Below, in pieces: positions 1-12,500 of a stretch of DNA of 60,000 nt. The notes beneath the pieces were generated by a model. That model did not search any database, had not been told where the DNA came from, and was given only the letters and a program-made list of their open reading frames with translations. The number at the start of each line of letters is the position of its first letter. Position 1 is the first letter of the stretch. The translations under genes were made by a program, and so were the position numbers. The DNA comes from Lytechinus pictus (lineage: Eukaryota), in contig NC_087245.1 of the NCBI RefSeq assembly GCF_037042905.1, forward strand, positions 35,714,001 through 35,774,000. Reading direction: 5' to 3'.

Positions 1-426
1 AGACAGCCCTCATGTGGGTGAAGGTGTAGATCAGCAATTTAACTCAATGCTAACCAGCTGCTGCTCACAAAGACCAGTTCAGTGTTTCATAAAGCTGTTT
101 GTATGTTATGTGTGACTTCACAAACGACTAATGATCCTCTCTTGGCAGGTGCTTAAAAACTCTATCAACCATCAACTACAGTTGAAATCCAATCTTTGTA
201 GATTAATATCATTCTAGTTTTTGAAAATCACATTCAGATTGGAAATATTAATTCTAATTTCAAGTTCAATTCATTTATTTCCAATAAAAAATCACAATAT
301 AAAAATTCATAAAAATCTGTAATTGAGCAAATGTAAACCACATTCATGTATTACAAAAGTCTTCCACATAAAATATATATGTATACAATAAGTTAACATT
401 TTGAACAACATGTTTCTCTCTCACAG

Positions 427-546
427 TGAAACGAAGACCACTTGGGCTCCAGAGTATGCCAGTTACATGGTTGAGGGCGTTCCAGGCAAGCCATACGGAG
501 GTCTCATGGCGCACTTCAATACTGTTGAAGCCAACATGAAACTCAG
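427..546 (+). CDS. GCLC: GCLC coding exon ([39 protein letters not shown])
   Basis: cacag acceptor, gtaat donor, conserved PEY..YM.EG motif. Confidence 0.93.
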
Positions 547-3500
547 GTAATATTCATTTTGAATACCCATACCTATATTTCACCGGCATACATTTCAATG
601 GAATTAACAGGCATTTGAAACGTTAAACATTTTGATGATTTTCATGTAAATAGTTTAACTTTGTTAATGTTTGATTTAATGTGAATTTTAAAACATAAAA
701 AAATTGGGAGTTTATAGTTTAATCCCTCAATCAGTCCTCTGTTGCAAATTTAAAAATATGTGTAGAGCTCAGGAAAAGTGGTAGTCTAGATTAGTGTAAA
801 CCATCTTTTGTCAAGAAAGAGTTCTTGAGAATTTAGAAAATAAGAGGTAGCCGTCGTTGCTAAATTTCATTCTGAAATGCAGCTTTTTTTTAGATGTCTT
901 CATTTGTTTTTTCATAGTGTAAATACAAGCTTTTAACAGCCGATCAGCAATGTACAAGTAACATTTGTTTATATAGTAATCTTGTGATTTTCAGTTGTGA
1001 AGTGTGACATGAAGTTTGTTATCGTGGCATAAAATTCAAAGGACTAATAGTTACAGTATTCATCAATTTTCGTATATACAGACGGCAGCAGGTTTTGGGT
1101 CTACTAGATAGTGAAGAAGGAGAAACTTGCCTTAGTATGACGGTATTTCCAAGGTAAGACTTATTTGTCACCAATAATCATAATGAAAATCTGTGGCTGT
1201 CTGCCTAGAAATCCATAATAAGTCTGTCAAAATTGATTGTGAGATATTTATTGAAAAGCAGATCCTAAGCTTAATAAGCCAGTTCGTAGTTCCTTTCTGC
1301 GCATGATCAAAAGATTCTACGCATGATCAGAGGAAGGTCATTTGTACTAAAGTGACATGCTGGTTTAAAATCTAATGAGATAAGCACCAACTTTGATGTC
1401 TTCATTATTCATATATTCTTTTGAATTGTGGTTTTCATTTACATCCACAAAAAACAACAACGCGTCCACGAACGACTGGTTTTCACAGTTTGCCAAGTAC
1501 ATTGTGCAACATGCTATGATATGCATTCAAAGTAGGAATGCAACAAATACCTTCATAAAGTGTTCATTGGTGTGCTATTCTAGTCACCTGGTCTATTCAA
1601 TTTCTTCATCCTGCTATGTAAGGCATGCTTACGTAATATCTTGCTTTGAAATCTGCCTATCATAATGAAAGAAATGAAAGGTCATTTGACCGAAAATTGT
1701 CCATGAGTAACTACGAACTGGTCTATATGCATGTCACAAATTGGTTAACAATCACCTATTATGTAAAAAGAATTCATTCATGGCTTCTAAGAGCAAGGAG
1801 AAACAATTTGTGAATTGAGAGTTCACCAAAGCCTGGTATATTTCTTTTAAAGCTGGGTGAAACTCCCAGTAATGCAGAAAAAAGGGTCTCATGTATTTGG
1901 TTAACATGTAGCTTCAGGACACCAAATTTTATGGAGAAAAGGGTTACTCTTTCCCTTTCCCCAAGCTCATTTTTTTAGTTTTGAAAACCAAAGTATGATT
2001 TATAAACTAATTACAAAACCTTACTCGGAGGGTCCAATTTCTGCACACAATTTCTATGACTTTGATCAAATTTTTACCAAAATGAGTTTTTAAAATGATA
2101 TGTCATCCTAACTCCAGAAAGGTTTAAGGACATTATTGATAGGGCATAAGAGTAACCAAGTGTCCATTGACAGAAATTTCAGGTCTCATGAATAATGTCA
2201 AAGGCCATTTAGGGTCACGAACTTAGAACCTTATGTTGTTGTATCAACATAGAAAGATAAAACCAAGGTCCAATAAGATTTTGAATTTTCAAGATGATTT
2301 TGAAAGTTATGACTTTCTAGCCCTTGACACTAACAGGTCACTCGGCCAAGGTCAAAGGTCACTTCGGGCCATTGAACTGGTATCAACTTGTACAAAACTT
2401 GTCTAACGGTTCAGGTTTGAAATTTCAAGATTATTTGAAATTGTAGTCTCTATTCTGTTAAACTTGAATATGATGTTTGTCAGATGTTTTTCATCAGTTA
2501 CGCAAAATAAATGTTGGTGACTGTATCAAGATCAAAGGTCATTTCATACTTTGTTCGTGTTTCCAAGCAAAGTGTAGAGATCGTTTAAGATCAACTTTGG
2601 TTTGATTTTCAAAATTGAGGTACAATGTATTTTCTAATTTTGAAAAAAATAAAAAATGTTCATTTTTTTTTTTCGTATTCCATGAAGCTCATATTGTATC
2701 TAATTTTTATCATGTACATGTATCAGCTGTTATCTGAGTTAAAATGTTTGGTAATTTTATGCAGGTGAAAGGTCATTTCAGGTCAAACACTAGGATCAAA
2801 ATATATATTCTGTCATTGATTTATTAGTGAATGGTCATATCTATCCATTTCCTATTCCTTTGAGTTTGTCTGACAAGTGTACATGTTGCACATATATTAT
2901 GTTGTCACATAAATATAAGATCCATTTTCTATATTTCTAGAGGGCTCATTATTTTATGAAATCACAAATGGGTGAAATTAAAAAGGGCAGCAAATGCTTC
3001 CAAGGACAATGAAAAACAGGGCATCTTGAATATTGATATGGTCTTGTTGTATTATTACATTGTATATATTCAAAGGGTACATCAGACCTGCCAACCAGTA
3101 CGTTTTTGGCGTATTTAGTATGTTTTTGCCACCAAAATACGGCAGTACGTTTTTTCTTTCAAAAATATGTTTTTTTATTTTTTATTACTAAATCGTAATT
3201 TATTGAGAAAAATCATTTCTATATGTCTCTATTTCATAAAAATTACACAAATATGGTTATTAGATCAATGTAATTTCAGGTAACTTTTTTTTCAATCATT
3301 TTGTTAAAACCAGGGTGAGATGTAACTGTTACACATGTTTCAATGTTTTATTTTTATCAATGGAAGAGCAGTGCGCATTTTAGCTCGCATGCAGCTTTAG
3401 CGCCGCGATGAGTGAGTGTGCCACACATTTCATTATGAAATACACTTTTTTGGGGAAAAATACAGTTTTTTTTATCACAGAATACAATTTTTCATTCCCA

Positions 3501-6500
3501 GAGGATGGCAGGTCTGGTACATTTATGGAAAATAATAATAATAATAATAATAATAATATAGGGTATTTATATTGCGCACATATCCACCTTGTTAGGTGCT
3601 TAAGGCGCTCCTATATTACCCGGCTAAGCTAGGCGTTCATAGCGCACACAGCTTTTTAAGGAATTACTTCCTACCGGTACCCATTTACCTCACCTGGGTT
3701 GAGTGCAGCACACTGTGGATCAGTTTCTTGCTGAAGGAAATTACGCCATGGCTGGGATTCAAACCCACGACCCTCTGTTTCAAAGTCCGAAGACTAATCC
3801 ACTGGGCCACAACGCTCCAAAAGAGAAAACCTTGTACTGCAATAAATGTCACAAAGTCAACAGTCCTGTGTATGCTTGATAACGTTATGCAGGGAGACTG
3901 CCAAAGGCATTCTACTTGTTTATCTGAGTGTGAAGAATTTGTATTATCTCTGAAAAAACATTTTTGAATGCACTTTATTATTGTGATGAATCATTGTGGG
4001 AATAGGAAAGAGGTGCTGGTGATGGGGTTCTTTGAGGGGGAGCAGAAGAAAATCAAAATGCAAATTAGATTTGATTGTTTGTTTAAATGCTTTGTGACAT
4101 GTTTGCCTTTGGGAATGAAGGTGAGTAGGCCAAACTTGTTGTGATTTGCCATTAAACCTGGGTGCCTTGTCATAAAGCTTAGCAATTGATCATAGGGCTG
4201 ATAAATTATGCAAAATTTTCGGGACTAATTTTCATAGGAACACCCAGTAATATCACAATTTTCTTTTGAAACTTTTTTTGCCCATATTTATAAAGTATCC
4301 ATTTTTTTCTGATTTTCTCGAATTGACCTCCTATGGACTTTGGCCTTTTTATATTCATATACTCAATTATACATGGGCTCGGGGGATATTTTGCTCTCAA
4401 AGTGCTCAAAAGAGCCCAAGGAAGGGGATGGGAGCCCCCAAAGTCCCATTCACTGCAATGCGAAAGCTTATCCAATGTTGCAGATTTAGGCTATAGATTG
4501 TGAAAAGTGAAAATGAAAGTTTATTTATGTACATTGCTGAAATCACAGCTGTCGAAATCGGTTTCTAATTGTGCATTGCAGATGGAAAATGCAGTAGGAA
4601 TGTTTGCACCTGTTATGAACTTGTTATATCTCCATCGTGACATATTTGACTGTCTAGTAGTCCCTTACTCACTGGAAATTCATCTGGACATTAATGTAGA
4701 TTGTGTTTTGATGGGATGGGTTGGGATGAAGCGGGGAGGGGGGGGGGTAAGACAACTTATTTCATGGAATTCATTTGAATGTCATTGAGCATTTTCTACC
4801 AGAGTCATTTGGCACAGATAACAAACACTTTGCAGGTCATTTTTATTGCATTTTGTTTGAGCTCATATTGAGATCATTACCACAACTAGCATTATGTTTA
4901 ACCCTTAGTTAACTGGGTGGGTGGGGGGATGACCAAATTAACCCCCTCAATTAATTCAGGTTTGAAGTTAATTATTCAATTAGCGTTTGAAATTTATAGC
5001 CAAGCAATTGTCATGTCTGGAACAGTTTTCATCATACCGATCATTGTTACTTCTATTTCTAGACTTGGCTGTCCAGACTTCTCCATCCCTTCGTATACAC
5101 CAAACCCATCAGATGACGGTGTTACCAAGTCCATTTTTCTTCCAGATGAAGTCATTCATAACTCTCATCCAAGATTCAGGTAAGTGTATTTAGCTGTGGG
5201 TGTGACCTCTGTTTACCACCACGTCCACCCCCAACAACAGTCACCGTCTTCCCCAACTTAGCCTCTCCTCAGTACAGTGTTAAAGTTTTGTGGTTTATCT
5301 TTGAACTTGATTTCACCTGTTTGATTTCACCATTTTCTGAATGCCAATTTGGTGTTTAACTTCCACCCTAACACCTCGTATGAAAGTTGGGCGTTGTACA
5401 TTGCGTATGCACCATGAAATAGTGTAAAAATATACCAGGCTTTGAGTATAGCGGGAATTATTTGTCCAAGGTTGGACTGGCATTACTATTTTTGACCTAC
5501 TTTTCCCGAAGCCACGCGCTCAGCGTAATGCTGATTTGTGCCTGCGCCGTCCCTTCACAGGACTTGTAGAGACACCTTTCTGACTGTTGCATCTGAAAGA
5601 TTGCATGATCTGTGAAGTCAATGGTGGAATAGTGCACTATTCCATCATTGATGTCACGGAATAGCAAATTTTTTAAAGTGGGTGTTTTGTATCAGCCCTG
5701 TCATCAGCATAGCTAGAATATGTTTGGTCGCTTGAGGCTGTCTGAACTAATCACTATAGAAGGTTTGATTTATGTAGGATATAATTTTAGCTAACACAAT
5801 TTTCAGGACAACTCCCCAGATAATGTAAATTGTTCCCAGGCAGGAGCATATTCCTTGAAATGCTAAAGGACCTCATTGGCAGCTATGCTAAAAGGCAAGG
5901 TGATATTTATAGAGTGCGAGGAATGTAAGAAGGAGCATTATTGTTATTATACTACAATATTATTTGATATGATATTTACATTGACAACATTTCACTTTCA
6001 ATTATTTTCAGGACATTGACCAAGAACATTAGGAAAAGGAAAGGAGAGAAAGTGGCTATTAATGTACCAAGTGAGTTGATATCATGCATGCGTACTAGAA
6101 ATTTGATAGTTTATCACATTACAACAACAGGCAGTTCAAATAGGTTTATCAATTTTGTTTTGGTTTGTTATGTCTCTTCTCACTGGTTACCAGAGGCACT
6201 ATGTTTTCATGTCATCCGAAGGCTGTCACATTAATAATTCTTGTGATTAAAAAAAAAAAGATTAATCATCTTTAGATTTTATCTGTCTGATTATTTTTTG
6301 GGCTATCAATGACAAAGTTGAGAAGTCACAGAGATGAACCATAAACAGAACATGTCGCCCGTAGTAAGCGCCTTGAAAATGTCATGGATTATTATTATTA
6401 TTAGTTAAATGATGTGTTTTAAGTGTAATTTTGAAGAGCTGTATGAGGGATGGACTTGGCTCATGTCTGCATGTTGAAATGATGATCAGATTAGATTTAG

Positions 6501-9500
6501 GGGGTCAGGAGGTGAAAGGTCAAACGCATCATTACGTATATGAATTGACTTGTTCTCAAGATAACTTAAGAATAGTTTGATTTCAGATCAAATCCAATCT
6601 CTGCATTTCAAAGTAACAGATGATCACAAGGTCAGAGATACATGTAAATCAGAATTACATTCATTCATTCATTCATATTCCATCAGAAGCGAAAATGGAC
6701 TCTCAACAATGTCAACTCACCCTTTACAGTGTATATGCATCTGTCAGTGAAAAAAAAGTTTCTTTTTTTTTAATGAAGGCTCAGCTAACTGAGGAAGAGT
6801 TGATTGCAGAGTTGGATTAAACTTAATATTAATTTCATTCGCATCTACAGTGTATACATACAATATATGTGCTCTGAGATAAAACGTTACAATCAATACA
6901 TAAAGAAGAAATCAAACAATGATTATTTACGATGGATGTATGCAGGCAGAAAAAAAATTGGAGATTAACAAAGTCCAAATACCTGTAGAGGCTGATGAAA
7001 TTTTGACAAGACAAAAAAAAAAAAGAAAATACCCAATAAAGTTGAAGAATATGTTGCAATGTGAATGAATTATCCATTGGATCCACTGATTCTTTGTGTA
7101 TATGTAGTTTTCAAAGATACCAACACACCAAGCCCGTTTGTAGAGAAGTTTGAGAACGACTGGGATGGCGAATCGGCGAGAGCAGCCAAACCGGACCACA
7201 TCTACATGGATTGCATGGGATTTGGTATGGGCAATTGCTGTCTTCAGACTACCTTTCAGGCTTGTAATATCACAGAAGGAAGGGCACTCTATGATCAGCT
7301 TACTCCACTCACACCTATACTGGTACGTGTTTTAACCATATAGTTGTATGTTATTTCTATATTGACTGGTTTGTTCTAAACCAATCACAGGCAGGGATTT
7401 CAGTAGCTTTTAACAGTTGTCGGTGAAAATATGTTTCATGAGATTGAATTGAACATATATTAGCGATTAATCGTACGCTTGATTTTCACGATTGATCGAG
7501 TACATTGTAGTCGATGGAATCGATCGTAGAAAATTGTTCTACGATCATTGCTAAGCTTTGTGTTACGGGCCCCATGGTGGTAGTATTAATTTACATTTTA
7601 TTAACATGGATCATTATTTGTCAATAAACAAACAAAATAGACAAATCACACTATATAAATGGAATGTCACCATTCAAGGTCAAAGGTCATTTGAGATTTG
7701 TTTTGTTTTTTATCAAAAATAAAAATTTTACACAAGCTTTGTAAGAATAGTGATCATAATAATAATAATCCGCTTTTATATAGCGCTTAGTACATCGGAA
7801 CGACGTGTCTAGACGCTTTACAGATACATTATTACCCCTGTCATTTGATTCAATCAGTCATTCCGCACACGATGTGTGCACATCCTCCACTCCCTGGGGA
7901 GTATTCCAGTCAGTCGCCGGTAAGATGTACACAGAACACCACATGCTCAGATGTTTTATGGATGTATGGATGTAATATTGATTTAGTATCGAGTGAATTA
8001 TCAACTGTGTAATAAGAATTTTAGGTCCCTAGGTCAAGATCAAAGGAATTTCAGGTCAATAACTGAATTGAAATTAGTATTTCATCATGATTGCAAAACT
8101 ATTGGATCAATCCCATTGACTTTTGTATTTCATGAAGCCTGTATGTGAGGCAAATCCCCCCTCCCCCCTTTCACAAAGAAAACAAAAACAAGTATATGTG
8201 ATGTTTTCACGTCCATTTGTTTAAAGGGGAATCCAGCCTTGGCCATAAAATGTTGTGTTGGGAAGGAGAAAATAAATTAAACAGAAGGGTGAAAGTTTGA
8301 AAGAAATCGAACAAGCAATAAGAAAGTTATAGCTGCTTTAAAATTGAGATCACTAATACTATGTAGATTTCAAATTGGCAACTGCGTAAGTAAATTATGA
8401 CAAGGGGCAAGGACAGCTTTCCTATAGGCCATGTACTTTATTATCAGGGATTTGTGGTTTTCTCTTATACCCCCATCTCACTAGATGGCGATTTCACTGC
8501 GATCGTCAAAAATCGACAAAGCGTGGTATAACGTAGCTTGATCGTGCCTTGATCTTTTCAATCTTCTCCGTCGTACCTTGATCTTTTCTGAAGCGGCAAG
8601 GATCGCCACCATCTTCCTGGTCGCCACAAAATTTTGAACATGTTCAAAACTTACGTAGCGAGATCGCGGAGGTGCTAAAGGGCATCACAATCGAGTCATG
8701 AGCGTATTACAAACGACATATTCGTAGCTGTAACGGAGCCCCAACGCATAAAGCGTAGTATAAGCGCATTAAAAGCGGCACCGATCGCCCGTGGTTTTCA
8801 GGCCCGTTCCCAAGACAATTCTGCTACGCTGCTTCCGTTTACAAGGCGACTGCCTTGCGCTCGACACGCTTCACACAGCTTCCACCACGACGCTTCCTTC
8901 TTTGGGTGGCATGTGGCACACGTTCTCAGCCCGCTACAGGCGTTCGCGTTGCGCTTTTGCTGCGCCGCTGATGACTGGGCAGCGATTGCGCAACAACCGT
9001 CCGCGCTGCTATAAAACGCCGTGCCGATGGTGGCGGATTATCATATTTGCAACAGATTACGAGGCGATACCACGGCGTTTTCAAACATACCTCCCAGAAA
9101 AAGGACCAGAAAAGGGAAAGCTGCCCAAGGTACCCCTCTAATTTTAGGCCGGCGGTCGAAGAGGAAGATCAAGGGGTTATGGTGGTGGTAGAGGAGGAGG
9201 AGGTAGAGGAGGAAGAGGAGGGGGTACAGGAGGAGGATGAAAATCTTACTGCTGAGCCAGCTGGAAAGAGGAAAAAGAGACGCTCACATGTCTTGATGAC
9301 GAAATGGGTTACCTCTGCAGAAATAAATAAATTGATTATGTTTTGAAAATAAATTGAATTCTAACCACAGTGACAGTAGACAACATCAAATTTTGTTAAT
9401 GATTCGATCACTAATGTATTGCTTGGGAAAGGCAATCTTTAGGGAGATTCTGGCATTGTGCCCCCCTCCCCCTCCCTTTTTATGAGTGCTCTCACATCAG

Positions 9501-12500
9501 CAAATTTGAAAGGAATTTACCAAATATTTTTGAGTGACAAACTTTTGTGGAAAAAAATAAACAGAATATCAAAGATTTGTATGCTCTTTTATGAAATTCT
9601 GGATGCATCCTCATATTAACTATTAGGCTCGTCGACATCTTTTGAATGAAATTTTAAAAATATTGTATATTATGACTTAGGTGACAGCCAGGATCGGACC
9701 CTTTATCTTTTTGGCCTCCTCCTTCTCCTGTCCTCGCATTCAACTTTTAACTGATGTTCTTTTAGAATGCCAAGATGTATAAGTCCAACCAAATTCTGGA
9801 CATCCATGTTGGTCGGAGGTTGGCAATTGACTGAAAAATGTGTCATGTGCCGCGATTAGTATGCCGATTGCTTGAAATCGTTTTAAGAGCCCATCATGAA
9901 CGTAACATAATCGCTTCATTCCTAGCACCACCGTACCGAGGTCCTAATTAGCGTATGAGCCTCGTTGTACGATCGCTTTGATCGCAGAAGCAGCGCATCA
10001 CATCTGCCTCGAATCGTCGCAAGAAAGTGGCATCGTCGTACTTTCAGCGTATTACCATCGCCTTCAGCGCAGGTCGGTCGCATAGAAGTTGCAGTGCAAT
10101 CGTCTCGCAGGCTATAAATAGAATTCGAGGAAGATTCTGCTACGATTTGCGGGATTTACACAGATCGCCATGGTCGCCACGATCGCCTTCCTAGTGAGAT
10201 GGGGGTATTAAGTACCCATTCCCCTGGGGCAGTAATCTAAATATAACCCAGGTAGTATATTGTTTTATGTCCTCATGAAAGAAAAATATAATTTGAAATA
10301 AAACTTTTGGGGAAAATGACATTTTAGCCATAATATGTATTGGAGTACATGGAAGAGTAGTCCTTGCCTTACATCACTATGACATCCCATATGCGGCCAA
10401 TTTGAAGTCTCCATGGGTATAGTGATTACCAATATTTACAACTTTTAAAAATGTATAACTTTCTTGTTGTTTGTCCAATATTGTTCAAACTTTCACCTAT
10501 CAACTTGTCTGATTTTTCTTTTCCTTATAAAATTAAGTTTTTATATGGGTTGGATTCCCCTTTAAACCTGTAGAATAAAGAAAACGAGAGCATATTTTAT
10601 ATTTCAACGTCACAAAGCCAATACTGCTGCTATATTTAATTTCAAGTGCCGATGAGACTGCAAGGGGCACTTCAGTTGTTTATTCATGCATTCATTAATA
10701 TGTTTATTTATTCATCTGTATTATTGTCAAAGGGATCAATGTTCAGGGGGCCGTTTCATAAAGCTGTTCGTAAGTTAAGAGCCACTTTAAGAAGGACTGG
10801 TGATCCTTTCTTACACGCTAAATCATCGCCAATGAATTTACCATAAGAAAGGATCACCAGTCATTCTTAAAGTCGCTCTTAACTTACGAACAAGGACCTG
10901 GAAAACCCCAACATATTTTAATGTACACTGTACCAAATACATTCTATCAGAACCAGCAGTGTAGTGAATAAGGTTTGGTCTGTCAATCTTTTAATTGCTT
11001 CAAGGAAAAGAAAATGGATCTCAAAGAGGAGCAATCATGCATGCCAACCAAGATCCAAGTTACACATGATTAAGTAATGTAAAAATAACAAAGCTCAAAC
11101 TTTTCACAATCTTTGATTCTACATTATATAGAGAGAAATGCTACATGTACCATTTCTAGAGCTATCATGGTCGATTGCCCCTCAAAGCCTGCCTTTTCCT
11201 TTGATCAAAGGTCTATAATATGAATTATACTTTAATCTCATCCAACATTCTAATATCTAAAACTTGTATTAGCCGTTTGATTTTTTTTTTACAGCCGATT
11301 CTCTGAAAATATTCAATTAAAAAAAATATATCTTGTGCCCTTATTCAGCGATATATTTCTACAATTCAAAGGGTCCTTTGAGTATTGATTTTACAAATTT
11401 AAGTCTAGGAGATTATATCCTGAAATTTTCAGTCCAGTCTATGCTCTGGAATAGGTTTTTCTATCAAATGGAAAAAGCACAGAGATATTTTGATATCTTT
11501 GATCGATCAAAATAAATTTTCATGTAATGTTGCAAAATTGGACTGTAAAACACATTTTCATTCCATATATCCTCAGGGTATACGAATTAATCTAATCTAG
11601 TTAAATGAATTGGAATAGTGATAAACCAAATCGAAAGTGAAATTTCATACCATTGTGCAAATGAGAATATTCGCTATTGATATTGTACATTTATGCCTCT
11701 GATTTTAGTGAAAATGCTAGAATTATGGACTTTTTCAAGGTAAATCCATCGACATGATCAAACAAAAGCAACATTCCTCAGCAGGAATGTGTGTCTCTAG
11801 CTCGCTGCCAATCAAGCACGCATCACATCTGCAGGCAGCGGTGCACAGTCATTCATTTTACTTGGCACAATTAAAGGAAACCAAAACCCATGAAGAGAGA
11901 CAATCTTAGTGGAAAGAGTAAAATGAGAGGAACAATTTAAAACAAGTTTCATCAAAATCGGTTGTGAAATAAGCAAGTTATAGACATTTAAAAGGTCTTG
12001 TTGTACTTTCTATGGGGATCCTCAAATTGGCAAACATGCTTCAAAATGGCTGATTTTGTGGACAATTCTCCATTTGTTTTGTACACAATTTTTCAGATTT
12101 TCCCCATCATCTTTCAAATTGCACCTTGCCTCCTTCTGGGCATAACATATGTCATGGGAAAATATAATTCACACCACATATGTCAAGGTCAGGAGGAAAT
12201 GATGTGAAATATATAAAATAAAGGAGAAACTCTTAAAATTTGTGTACAAAACAAATGGAAGGTTGTCTACAAAATCAGCCATTTAGAAGCATGTTCGCCA
12301 ATTTGAGGATACCCATAGAAAGTACAAGACCTTTCAAACATCCATAACGTGCTTATTTCATAACCGATTTTGATGAAGCTTGTTTTAAATTGTTCCTCTT
12401 GTTTTACTCTTTCCAATAAGATTGCTTCTCTTCTTGGGTTTTGGTTTCCTTTGATTTTTGTTGTAGACTGACGTCACCTTTGAAACCGTGCAACTGTGCT

